Assembly: GCA_004431415.1 (NCBI GenBank)
Contig: QPMI01000159.1
Coordinates: forward strand, 84,327-148,326
Length of the DNA: 64,000 bases
From: Cyanophora paradoxa CCMP329
Lineage: Eukaryota; Plantae; Glaucophyta
Reading direction: 5' to 3'
Numbering within the stretch: the first letter of the stretch is position 1; every line of letters begins with the position of its first letter. Made by a program: the position numbers and the translations under genes. This document shows, piece after piece, positions 47,305 through 57,829 of this stretch. The notes beneath the pieces are model-generated. The model had not been told where the DNA came from. It saw nothing but the letters and a program-made list of their open reading frames with translations, and made no database searches.

Positions 47305-47457
47305 GAGATCAAGGTAAGCCCCACCGACAAAGTACGACGATAGACCACGTTAAAATACACTCGCGCCCCGCCCACTATGCAAGATACATGCGAACAACAT
47401 GCATGATCTATGAAAAATGATAAAATGAACAGGGTAAAAATATCGACTTAAATAATA

Positions 47458-47850
47458 ATGGATTCCCGATACCGCGGCTACCACGTTATGCTCGACTATA
47501 TAACCGAGCCGTTTACTGAGTCCCCGGAGGCATGCGCCGAGTGGATCACAGCGAACCTATCGCAATATATCACAGATCGCAATATGCGCATCGTGCACCA
47601 GCACACATGCATTTTCGATGGCTGTAATTCCCCTCCCGGTTTCGCGATTGGCTTTCTATTAGATGAGTCGCATGCCACAGCTCACTCTTATAGCGACCAG
47701 GGGCTATTAGCGATCGATATCTTTACATGCGGCTCAAATGCCGAAGCGAAGACAATGGGTATAGCACAGGACATTAACGATCTCATACAGGAAAGGCTGA
47801 AAGTGCGAAAGTGGGACTTACAGGTCGAGCAAAGGTTCCCAATTTCATAA
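47458..47850 (+). CDS. speD: Prokaryote-type (class 1b) S-adenosylmethionine decarboxylase proenzyme
   Basis: GYHVMLD, F..PPG..LLDESHATAHSY..G..AIDIFTCG with the E-S autocleavage site; 130 aa. Confidence 0.88.
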   Translation: MDSRYRGYHVMLDYITEPFTESPEACAEWITANLSQYITDRNMRIVHQHTCIFDGCNSPPGFAIGFLLDESHATAHSYSDQGLLAIDIFTCGSNAEAKTMGIAQDINDLIQERLKVRKWDLQVEQRFPIS

Positions 47851-47875
47851 AAAATGAAAAAAACGACAGATATAT

Positions 47876-48190
47876 TTAATGCTCCTTGATCGGAAACTTG
47901 CCCATTAGCGGGTGATCGAGACCCATGACATACCAGGATTTCATAACGGGATCCCAGCGGGCTTTCTCAGCCTTCGCTTGATCCTTAAATTCATAAGGAA
48001 TATCGAGGTAAACCTTCACGTTTCTTTGATACACTTGCTCATAGCTTAGAGTTTTGAACTGAGAGCATAGAGAGTGATCTTTCTTCGTGACATACCAGCA
48101 TGAATTCTCACGATCCCACTTTCCACCGAGGGATTTCGCAACGTCTTTTTTATCATACGGAATGTCCACGAAATGCTTTTCACCCTCCAT
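47876..48190 (-). CDS. Tandem DUF5710-like protein
   Basis: Two copies of (F/Y).DIPY..KD.AK....WD....WYV. Confidence 0.75.
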   Translation of the reverse strand: MEGEKHFVDIPYDKKDVAKSLGGKWDRENSCWYVTKKDHSLCSQFKTLSYEQVYQRNVKVYLDIPYEFKDQAKAEKARWDPVMKSWYVMGLDHPLMGKFPIKEH

Positions 48191-48203
48191 CTCTTTTATA
48201 TTT

Positions 48204-48220
48204 ACCGGAGAAAATAATTT
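48204..48220 (-). promoter_or_regulatory. Element 2 conserved upstream motif AAATTATTTTCTCCGGT
   Basis: 13 nt before ATG 48190; identical copy at 53552-53568. Confidence 0.65.
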
Positions 48221-48229
48221 CGGGGTTTG

Positions 48230-49612
48230 TTATGAACGAGATGACCGAAGAATGCGCGTAGTAGGGGCTGTATAGCTTGCGCTCTGATTCTTGAACGATT
48301 TATACCACCTCTGACTGTTTACCTCTGAGAGCTTCTCAGTGCCGGCAATCGTGAGTTTCGCGAGCTCTCTTAGCGCCCTCTTTGTCTTTTCTGCGCGATC
48401 TTCCAATAATGCGCCTTTTGGAACACTTGCGGCGACATCTATGCCTTCTTTTTGAACCTGCCGGATCGAAGCTGCCTCTACATCAGCCGCTAAAATAGCG
48501 TTGCCTGATGGCTCGACCACAGCTTCGACCTCTGTAATGATCTGCAATTCGTGCGGCTTAAAAAGCTTCGGCATTACGTTCCCCGCTGCATCTTGCACCT
48601 CTATCGCGTTTCCTCTCCTTCCCGCAATTTTGTAGACCTCTCGGCTATACCTTTGGGTCGCTCCTTTATCAAACTTTGATCTCGGCAATAATACACGGAC
48701 GTGGAGACCCGGCTTAAAGTCGCTGAATATATCCTTTACGATTGTGTTCTTCTTTGAAATAATAGCCGCTCGGATCCGCTCCATATCAGAAAGCTTAACA
48801 TCTGCGGGTTTCATTCCTATGGTTCTGTGAATGGTGTTATTATAATTGAAAACGAAGTCGTCCAATTTGTCCATGAATCGAACTGTATTATAAGCGACAC
48901 AGTAATTGTTTATCATCGTTTTTAAGGTCAAATGAAAGCGATTCATTATTCCCAGAGAAGTGTGATCTCCGACCTGTTTAAAGCGGTGTTCTATTCCATT
49001 ATTTTTAACGACCTCCTGAAACTCCTTCGCGATGAATTCCGAACCGTTATCTGTCTCCAATCGAATCATCGGAGCCGGGAGCTCTGTGAGCATCTCCGCA
49101 AAAGCGGCGGCAACACTTGCGCCCTCCTTATTCTTTAACTTCTTGGCATATGCTTTTCGGCTCGTCATCTCAATGAGAGTAAGGACTGCAATGTAGCCGG
49201 AATTATAGCTGCCATATGAGAGATAAAAGATGAGATCCGCTTGATAGCACCACGGCGGGGCTGTGATGGGAATAAAAGCGGTTTGGGTCGGTGCGGGGGG
49301 CTTCTTGTTGATCTGCATAAATTCTTGTTTCGCTGCGACATCTTGCACTTCTTTCAATGTGAGGGTCTTGTCCTCTTTTCTCAGTTCTTCGTATATTGCG
49401 GATGGGTTCTTAAAACCTGTCTTCGGGTCATACATGCGTCGCACGATCTTAGAGGACGGGTTCGCAATGCTAAAAGGAACATCTCCTAATAAATTTGATT
49501 TTGCTTGGCGTTTTGTAATTTTTTGGGGGACTTGCTCAGTCTCAGGAACCGCGATAGGTAGTATGGTAGTCTCCGTCTCCTCGCCCGCTACCCTTCTGAC
49601 GATCCGTGACAT
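48230..49612 (-). CDS. Retroviral-like (rve) integrase
   Basis: YQADLIF, IEMTSRKAYA..LKNK, LETDNGSEF, LGIMNRFHLTLK, YNNTIHRTIGMKP, F..G..VR, YSREVYKI. Confidence 0.9.
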   Translation of the reverse strand: MSRIVRRVAGEETETTILPIAVPETEQVPQKITKRQAKSNLLGDVPFSIANPSSKIVRRMYDPKTGFKNPSAIYEELRKEDKTLTLKEVQDVAAKQEFMQINKKPPAPTQTAFIPITAPPWCYQADLIFYLSYGSYNSGYIAVLTLIEMTSRKAYAKKLKNKEGASVAAAFAEMLTELPAPMIRLETDNGSEFIAKEFQEVVKNNGIEHRFKQVGDHTSLGIMNRFHLTLKTMINNYCVAYNTVRFMDKLDDFVFNYNNTIHRTIGMKPADVKLSDMERIRAAIISKKNTIVKDIFSDFKPGLHVRVLLPRSKFDKGATQRYSREVYKIAGRRGNAIEVQDAAGNVMPKLFKPHELQIITEVEAVVEPSGNAILAADVEAASIRQVQKEGIDVAASVPKGALLEDRAEKTKRALRELAKLTIAGTEKLSEVNSQRWYKSFKNQSASYTAPTTRILRSSRS

Positions 49613-49631
49613 TTCTTCTAATTAAACCTGT

Positions 49632-52600
49632 TTATTTTTTGCTGCAATTGCACCCGTGATGCGCGAGTTGACAATTGTCTTTAAGATGTGGGCGCCTGTT
49701 GTTTATGCGATCCACGACGAGCCTGTAATTCGGATCTTGCGGCTCAATCGGAATCGGAAGGGAACAGATCGCACATGCGCCCTTCTGTTGCTTCTTGCGC
49801 TCTAATATCCACTCCGGCGTAATATAATCCGCCTCGTCGAAATCGCGCCCGGCGCGCTGATCCTGGCATTTATAACCGCGGATCTTCGTTTTCAGATATT
49901 CGATGTAGTCGCTCTTTCCTTGGAACTTGTGAATCGGTGTATAAATCAGCACAGTGGACAGATCGCGGTTACGAGTGAGAGCGGTATAGAACCATTCGCG
50001 AGTGGTATAGCGGAACGTAGCCTCACAAATGACAATGCCCGAATCAAGTGTGAGACCTTGCGTTGAATGACCTGTTCCTGCATAAGGGAGAGAAAAATGT
50101 TCTAACATCGCGCACGGAACCTCGAACGTGACGCCATCGAAAACGTCAGTTAATGTGACCATTTGCTTGGTGATTTTGGTGATTCGATAGGTGTAATTTG
50201 TGTATGCATTAATAGACTCACCCTCAGACCGCGAAATGCGTAGATACCTGCGACAAACGACTTCCAGACCCTTGTAGAATTTGATTCCGTTGACCTCTAC
50301 GGTTGCAATATTTACTTTTCGTCTATCGTGCATCAGTTTGTTATAGGCTAAGGTCATTTCGTTTCTGTAAGCGATGCCAAAGTAGCCGTCGGAATAGCGT
50401 TAAGATCATTAATTGTCGGTAAGCCGTATTTCGAGATAATCTGTGCGGCTTCGAGTCGTTTTCGAAGAGATCCTCTTAATCGCCCGAATTAATTCACGGT
50501 CTGTCTCCTTCTTGTGCCGCTTGTTAATGCGTAGACTCAGGACGTTAGGGAACATGCTCTGCACAGCGCGCTTATAGTAGCCCTTGCGATCAGAAACCGA
50601 TAGCTCATCATTAATCGTTCGTTCTGATAGGTATCGCCATTAGCCAAATATTTGATATCCGGATAGCGATCGATAAACGACTTGATCTTAGCGAGATCTT
50701 TTACAGAATACGCGAATATCTCGTCGAACATAATGTGGCTGAACTCGGAGACAAACGCCCTCTGGTCTTTTTCGCTCATAGCCTCTTCGTAGGTCTGATC
50801 ATTTGAGACACGGATCCCGAGAACATTATACAAAGTGCGAACGGTAATATTCTCGATTCCGCGGACTTTGAGAGAGTCCCTCAGCTCTGCGCACTGTTTG
50901 TTATAGGGCAAATGACTAAGCAATTTGACTTTTGAGAGGCAAAGCAATTAATACCGAGGGTCGACTTTCCACTTCCGGGCATGTCAGCAAGGACAAGCAT
51001 ACGATTATGGAGCTCCGCAACCCAATTAAAGCACTCCGGATTAAATTCGTCCCTCAGCGAGAACCGGTTAATGAGTGTCTCGGGATCCTGAAATTCGAGA
51101 GTTACACCCCGTGGTGGGCGGAGTGCATTCTCAGGGCATCTTTTCCCGGGAATATAGCTGAATTTGCCCATGTTCTCAAACGCATTTCGGTCGAACTCTT
51201 TCTTACTTGTCCATGAACCTTCGATATATAGACAGTCCGTTCTGATCCCGGCAACCTTGTGCCCGCGCGCTGTCAGGCGCTTGTATTGCGCAAACATATT
51301 AGCACGGTTGCGATCGTAAATATGAAAGTGGATAGGAAGGAATCCGTTAACGAGCTCGCGGTGGGAGCTGATCTTAACGAAATAGATGTGACCTTCGAAT
51401 TCGCTAAGAGTTTTGACACGTTTCGAATTCTTAGGATTGAAAGTAAACACCTCTACTGTTCCTCCGCATTCTTGGGCGAACCTCTCAGCCTCGGCACGGT
51501 TGTAGAACATTTTCGTGGATGTTTGCGAGTCTTGGAATTTGCCGAGCATTCCGATCTCTTTCACTAAAATGTGCTTCTTATCTGTGGTTTGAATGTCGCT
51601 TGACAGCACTTTTTGCATCTCAGCGATCGACGTATTGGGCACCAAATGCGAAGGCTCCGCGACCGCGATAATCTCTATCTTGTCCTTTACGTCCGCCCAA
51701 TGCATGGAGAGAGTGTAGCCTGTCATGAAATTATAACAGCGACCACTCACGGAAAATGCGCGATCCAGTATAATTTCGATTCCATCAATCTTGCGAGACA
51801 TGGCGGCATCATAATCAATATCCTCGTCGTCTGCGAAAGTTGCTTGCTCTCTCTCAAACGCAACGACACGCACGTAGTAGATCGCGTATTCGAGAATATC
51901 GCTTCCCGCTTTAAAGGGAACGAAGTCATCGAATACATTGTATTTCGGAAGATATTGCATGCCTTTCAGTATCGAAGGGTAGCACTTCGCCATATCGACA
52001 GCTGTGTAGGTGGCTTTCGGGTTCGGCTTATAGAAAAAGCCACTTAGTGCGGATCGCTTGTAGTGCGTGAGAATTTCGCGCATGTTCGGGCTGTAATGTG
52101 AGATATTCGTCGCATTTAGAAGCGACTCCCGGAATCCCTTCCCGATTTCACAGACCTTATTATAATACTCCTCTGTTTCGAAATCTTGCTCAATAAAGTG
52201 GTCTGTTGTGCGTGGATCTTTGATAGAGAACATCGAGCCATTGGCTTTGAATGTGATGCTGTCGATCTGTTTCGATGGTGTTAGCTTCACAGCGGGCTCA
52301 TATCGCATTTTCAGGAACGTGAATAGAAGACCTTCCAGACCTTCGCGCCCAGTATAAAGAATGCGGATGAAACTGCGCTCGTCGGGCGATAGTTTTAGTT
52401 GCGTGATCTTTAACAAATCCTTGGATGTGTGCGCGAAGATATCGTGAGTAAGACACGTCGGAATTTTATAGAGTGCTAACGAAGAGGTCGACTTAGGAAC
52501 ATGATTATCGAGCTCTTCGACCTCCATCTTTGCCATGCGCATTTCGAGCGACTTGATGTTATCGTTGAATATATAGATGTGCTTGTTGTGAATCATAAAG

Positions 52601-53529
52601 TGAATATTGCGGGGAAAGATGTTTTTGTTAATTGATTCCGCCGCGAATTTGTGTATTAACTTTCCGTCGACATCAAAGACGCGGAAGCCTGTCTGAATTC
52701 TCTTACAGAATTTCTCGATATGGCGGAGCGTGAGAGCCAGAGAGTCGCCAGGTGTGCGTTCGCGACCGTGAAAGAATTTATAGAGACCGTCGTAGGACAT
52801 AGTTAAGTCAGTATATCGCGGTTTTGGCGCCTCCTGACACTTCTTAATGGACGCTCCCCATGTGGAGATGATCATATCGTAGCCGCAAGCGTTAGATGTC
52901 GATGATTTGGGAAGCTCAATAATATCTTCGAACTCAGACGCGTTTGGATTTAATGTGTAGTCTGTGAATTTGCTCATAATCGCGGTGCATCGCATGCTGT
53001 CCATTAGCTCCTCATCCAGAAACGCATAGCGATTGCCAGGGATAGCACCGGCTCCGTCATCTTCGACACCTTCGTCCCCATCGATCACGACCTCATGAAC
53101 AGTTATGGTGTCGAAGATGACGGAGAGAATAGTGCGTTTAATCGCATCCTCTACCGCTTTTAGTTTACCTCTCTGCTGCTTCGCTTCGAGTTTCGCTTCT
53201 TTCGCCCGTTTCTGTTCTCGTTTGCGATCGAAGCGCTGTAAACGCTTCGCCTCTTGTTCTTTTTGCTTTTGCTTTTCTATATTAACTTGGGTGCGAGCGG
53301 CACGCTTTTCTTTCCGCTCTGCCCTGCGGAAAACGCGGGGATTAATGATGCCATTCAGAGTATCCCGAATGTCGATCAGCGTTTGGAGCTTGGGCTTCCG
53401 ATTCATTGTGTTGTGCATCGCCCAATGCGCCTGTTCTTCGGTTAGCAAATCCTGACTCAATCCCTGCATAATGTATCCGATAATTTCATCCCGAACATTG
53501 TTAGCGATTCTGTTGGTTGCGCGCGGCAT
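49632..53529 (-). CDS. Frameshifted fusion: divergent PolB core + superfamily 1 helicase + C-terminal HNH/Zn domain
   Basis: AVDMAKCYPSIL, K...V..IGMLGK, GIRTDCLY; PGSGKS, FDEI, NGDTYQ, TGHSTQGLT, FYTALTR; CAIC..VDRINNRRPH..DNC..GCN; spread over three frames. Confidence 0.78.
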
Positions 53530-53551
53530 CTCTATTAGTTCTTTTAAAATA

Positions 53552-53568
53552 ACCGGAGAAAATAATTT
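53552..53568 (-). promoter_or_regulatory. Element 2 conserved upstream motif
   Basis: ACCGGAGAAAATAATTT on +, 22 nt before ATG 53529. Confidence 0.65.
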
Positions 53569-53697
53569 CGGCGCAATCTACCAAATTCTCCTTTCATACC
53601 CTTGTCGCCAAATCTTTAAGTGCTTTTTTGACCGATACGGGGAATAAAAATGGAGGTAAAAAATTAATCATTTTTTGCATCGTGTGGATACTTTCCG

Positions 53698-54111
53698 CTA
53701 CGAATTTTTCGCGTTCTCGACCACATGCTTTCGGGGTCTTCCAGCGGGCTTTTGCGGCTGAGGTTTAGCGGGCGGATTCAGCTTGCGTTCCGCTCTTTTC
53801 CTTCGTTGGTATTCACGTGCCTTCTCTCGGATTTTCTCCCGATACTCTTCATCGTCTTGGTATCGCTGCTGTTTACGAATTGCGATCTTTTGTAGCTGTT
53901 CCGGTGTGAATATAGTAGCCTCTCCGGCGGCTAATCGCTCTTGCTTTTGTCTCTGATGCTTGTTTCGCTGCCGCTCTGCATCTTTCTCGCGTTTTAGTCT
54001 TAATCTCTCCGCTTTCTCCTCTTCTGTGATCACCTTCTTCGGTCGCCCTGGTCTGCGCTTTTCTTGCTGTGCCGCCATTGCCTCTTGGTTTGAAATCTTG
54101 GGTTTCGCCAT
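53698..54111 (-). CDS. Basic protein with AT-hook-like motifs
   Basis: RRPGRPKK, GRPRK, RYQDDEEYREKIRE; resembles 37973-38263. Confidence 0.7.
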   Translation of the reverse strand: MAKPKISNQEAMAAQQEKRRPGRPKKVITEEEKAERLRLKREKDAERQRNKHQRQKQERLAAGEATIFTPEQLQKIAIRKQQRYQDDEEYREKIREKAREYQRRKRAERKLNPPAKPQPQKPAGRPRKHVVENAKNS

Positions 54112-54119
54112 TTACTATA

Positions 54120-54136
54120 ACCGGAGAAAATAGTTT
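54120..54136 (-). promoter_or_regulatory. Element 2 conserved upstream motif (1 mismatch)
   Basis: ACCGGAGAAAATAGTTT on +, 8 nt before ATG 54111. Confidence 0.6.
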
Positions 54137-54312
54137 TTTGTCACTCTGTATTATTTCCCTTGCCCTTATATACCTTTTACCGAAACCTTCAATTTTTGCC
54201 CTTGGCTCGATACAAGCGCCACCGAAATTCACCGCTCAATAACCGTTCCAGACGGTTCTTTCTTGTTGCTGAGGATATACATAAGGTTGCTGAGGATAAA
54301 CATAAGGGTTCG

Positions 54313-54669
54313 TTACATTTCATCGTCGCCTAATGGCATTTGATCCAATCTATACATCGGATAAGGGGAGTCAGCGCGCAAATGACCTTCTACAAATTCA
54401 GGACATGAGCGCCTTCTAATATGCTCTACATGCACGTCCTCTATCTGAGCGGTTTCGATATTAGAACTCATAGCCGCGGGCACAGGCGAGGGCGATCGAG
54501 ATCGTGGGTGGTTGTGATTGTCGCTGTGGTTAGAATATACAGAAAGGCGCCTACCTCCATTCTCGTCGTCAGAAATATTAACCTCTACGGTTGTGTCACA
54601 GCAAGGACTGTGGCAATTAGACACGACATGAAGCTGAAACATTTCAATGCATTGTGTGATGAAATTCAT
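54313..54669 (-). CDS. Hypothetical protein
   Basis: ATG ORF preceded by partial motif CGGAGAAAATA at 54701. Confidence 0.5.
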   Translation of the reverse strand: MNFITQCIEMFQLHVVSNCHSPCCDTTVEVNISDDENGGRRLSVYSNHSDNHNHPRSRSPSPVPAAMSSNIETAQIEDVHVEHIRRRSCPEFVEGHLRADSPYPMYRLDQMPLGDDEM

Positions 54670-54914
54670 CGATCCTACAAGGACGCAACGTATTAAATAT
54701 CGGAGAAAATAAAAGGGAATGAGGGCTTTACTTGCTCGTGTGTTCCCCTACGAATTGGTCGAACTTATAATGCTGTTTATGGAGCCGACCTGTCCCTATT
54801 GCAAGGGAGTCCACATAAAGACCCGCTCTAAATACGGGCGGGTTCAGCTTTGCCTTGCGGATATTCACAGTCATTAGCGGATATGGCGTTTACCACCGAG
54901 CATTGCGGCATAAT

Positions 54915-55160
54915 TCACGGTGCGGTCGGCACAATATGTGCATATTGCGGGGCAACCGATTGCTGTCGAGTTACGGCTTGCGCATCTGTCTTTTCCTCCT
55001 TTTTAATCTCCTCTACGTCGACTTTTTGCTTTAATCCGAGTTTGGAGATCTCTTTCTTCACGAGCCCCTTTAATTTCTTGCGTTCGTTATAATCTTGCAT
55101 CCATTTCTCGTAGTTAGAGACTTTCATTTCAAGGTCTCGCACTTTCTCTTCGAAGCTCAT
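54915..55160 (-). CDS. Hypothetical small coiled-coil protein
   Basis: 81-aa charged ORF co-oriented with neighbours. Confidence 0.5.
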   Translation of the reverse strand: MSFEEKVRDLEMKVSNYEKWMQDYNERKKLKGLVKKEISKLGLKQKVDVEEIKKEEKTDAQAVTRQQSVAPQYAHIVPTAP

Positions 55161-55554
55161 GACAACGTCGACAGGAACCGTGTGTTTTTGATAGGATCCG
55201 CGCTTTTTGAGCTCAGTTTCGGCGGCTTTCGGGACGTCTTGCGTTTTGTGCTGGCTTGCGACAACTTGCGCTTTAATTACTTTGTCGGTTGCTTCATCAA
55301 CAGAGCCGCTCCAATCTGTGGTTTTACAGTAGCTAAATCGTCCATTTGGCGTTTACCGCTATCTTGGTTTCCTTGTCCGCGGTGGCACTCGCAATAATCG
55401 CCTCTTGCTTGGCGACCTCTTCTGGCGAAGTGTCTATAAGATATTCGGGCATTTCGAGACCGCCACCCGACGTTAACCCAGACTCTTCAAGTCCGCGATT
55501 AGGATTACCAGAAGCGACAGTTTGAATGGTTTGAGGCTTCTTTCGGTAGACCAT
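55157..55554 (-). CDS. Hypothetical protein, probably frameshifted
   Basis: ATG abuts the ATPase stop; ORF ends at 55333 but coding-like sequence continues. Confidence 0.4.
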
Positions 55555-55556
55555 GA

Positions 55557-56423
55557 TTATCTTCTCTTACATTTGATTAACATTTTCTTTTTCTTAGGCG
55601 AAATTTGCGAAAGTTTGGGGATACCTTCAAGCTCACGCTCAAATTTGGATAAAGTTCGACAGACAGTTGTCGAATCTTTGACAGGCGGCGGTTTTGTCGC
55701 TTGCTCCTCTTGTTGTTTGCGCTTCTTTTCTTCAAAAGCCGCCCGCTTGTGGAATTTAGTAAACGGATGGTCATCGATCATATCGGCTTTTTCGACCCAC
55801 CATCGCACAGAATACCCGGTATTATCGTGAATGATCGCTTGGTAGCTATGACAAAACTCTTGGAACATACGTTTGAAACTCTCCTTATCCATGTTGCCGA
55901 ATTCCTCGTGATATGCTTCGAACTCTCGCATGTTTGACCAGCTGAGGAATATGATATACTCCGCATTACTGCGAATGATAGTTGACAGCTTTGTTAATTT
56001 CTGCGATATTAAAGCGACGCTACAAAACGTATGACGACCTTGCGCCATCAATTTATTTAGCAAATGATCGCGCGAAAGATCGATAGTTCCGGACTCCAAA
56101 CAATCGTCGAGCACGATAAGAATATTCTTTGGTTTCTTACCCGCAATGATAGCCTTTTTGCGGGCTTCTATGATCGACTCTACGTATTCCGGTTTCCAGG
56201 TATCATGCACTTCATCTGTAATTTGTCCCCAGAAACCGTTGAAACTCGTAGGACAAAAAACCAGAACATACGAGATCTGGTCTTCGAGTTCTTTGATCAG
56301 CCACTTTAAGAATACCGATTTACCACAATTGGTTTTCGCCAATAGGAGAAATCGTGCGGGAAGTTTCACCCTCTGTTTCGGGTTCCATTCTTCGAGATCT
56401 ATGGGCGTCGTCCCTTTTTGCAT
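55557..56423 (-). CDS. A32/FtsK-like packaging ATPase
   Basis: AKTNCGKS, LIVLDDC, QGRH..LISQ, IRSNA. Confidence 0.9.
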   Translation of the reverse strand: MQKGTTPIDLEEWNPKQRVKLPARFLLLAKTNCGKSVFLKWLIKELEDQISYVLVFCPTSFNGFWGQITDEVHDTWKPEYVESIIEARKKAIIAGKKPKNILIVLDDCLESGTIDLSRDHLLNKLMAQGRHTFCSVALISQKLTKLSTIIRSNAEYIIFLSWSNMREFEAYHEEFGNMDKESFKRMFQEFCHSYQAIIHDNTGYSVRWWVEKADMIDDHPFTKFHKRAAFEEKKRKQQEEQATKPPPVKDSTTVCRTLSKFERELEGIPKLSQISPKKKKMLIKCKRR

Positions 56424-56481
56424 TCTTTCACTATAAAAACAATAGAAAAATAAGACTGAATGTGGTAATCGCACGAATTCC

Positions 56482-57790
56482 TCATGCTGATACTCTGCGA
56501 ATACCATCAGCTCCGATTATCATGATATTATGAGCGAGGGCAATGCACTGAATTTGCATCTTCTGATAAGCGGCACTCGCATACCACTCCTCATTACCGA
56601 CTCCTCCGGCTGTGACACCGTTGAATTCGAAGACCAGATCGAACGCCGATGTGCCTGTGGCATCGATGTAGCCCGTGTTCTCTTGGTTGAGAAGCGACGC
56701 CTTTCCGTTTCCAGCACCGAAGTAAATGCCAGAGAGAGCCGGGTAGCTTGTGCTCTCGGTGAAAATCGCCGCATCATATTTATCTTGAAGTTCGGTCGCG
56801 GCAATCATGAGAGGAAGCGAAGTATTGGAGTAAAGGCGGTTATTGTTGAGTTCCACATAGAAGCTTACGGCGTTGGTTCTGAGTGCACGAGGAGCCAGAA
56901 CCGAGAGAGTTCCGTTGTTAACCTTCGTCTTCGCGTTTTGGCGCACAGAGAATACGAGAGTGTGGATGAGACCCGCACCTGTGAGTTGCGAGAGATTGAC
57001 TCGCGAACCGGAGGCGGTCGGCTGGAAATCTGTGTGGAGGAAACCGATTTCGTTGTAGGGATCGCGATACCAGTCGATTTAACACGGGCAATGGTCTCAG
57101 ATACAACCGCCTCATCGGCATTTACGACCTTGCAGATAATGCGGGGTTTCAGCACTTGAAGGAAGCACCACTGTTTACGACCGAAATATTGCCAACATTG
57201 TTTACATCCTCAATGATACCATCACCAATCGCCTTGAATTCGATTTCGACCACGATCTCAGAGTTCAGAGCGCAAAGTGGGAACATCGCCTTCTCGAAAG
57301 GAGAGGGTAAATCGATTTCGTAGGTTCCACCGACAGTGTTACCAGCGGTTCCGACAAGACCACCCACATAGCGAAGTTTCTTATCGAGTTCGCCCTGTTC
57401 GGTCATCAGTAGAAAATACTGGGTGACGAAATCCTCTGGGACAACATAGCGGAATGAAGCGTGAGAGATTTCAATGCGCTTAATTAGCGATCCAATAACG
57501 CGAAGGTAGCCAGTAGTTCCAGCGACACCATTCGTGAGATCAGTGAGGGTGATCGGTTAAGATCGAGTTGCAGCGCGAGACCATTCAGGAAATGGTAGCG
57601 GGGATTTGAAGACAACTCGGTTGCCGAGAGCGCTGGGTGGCTCAGTGTCGGGGGCGACCAGAACTCGAAGTGGCTTAGTGCCAGAGGACGTTCCAATGAC
57701 CAGCGACTTGTTTAGGAAATAATCCTTGTAGTCATCGGTGGTGAGCATAGATTTCAGCGTTGGGCGCTGGAATTGGCTGTTAGTCTCCAT
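56482..57790 (-). CDS. Major capsid protein, frameshifted
   Basis: TLKSMLTT..SLVIGTS..KP aligns with element 1 MCP TLKELLTT..GLTVGVS..KP; FLNGLAL; FPLCAL..VEIEF; terminal HNIMII. Confidence 0.78.
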
Positions 57791-57829
57791 GAGCGTTTCT
57801 TCTCTTATCTTTGGGATCAGAAAATAATT

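Noticed and set aside
50500-50950. Programmed ribosomal frameshifting in the replicase
   Set aside because: Frameshifts are scattered across many element 2 genes, so errors or decay are simpler explanations
54265-54306. 21-bp tandem duplication
   Set aside because: Only two units, intergenic; no further structure
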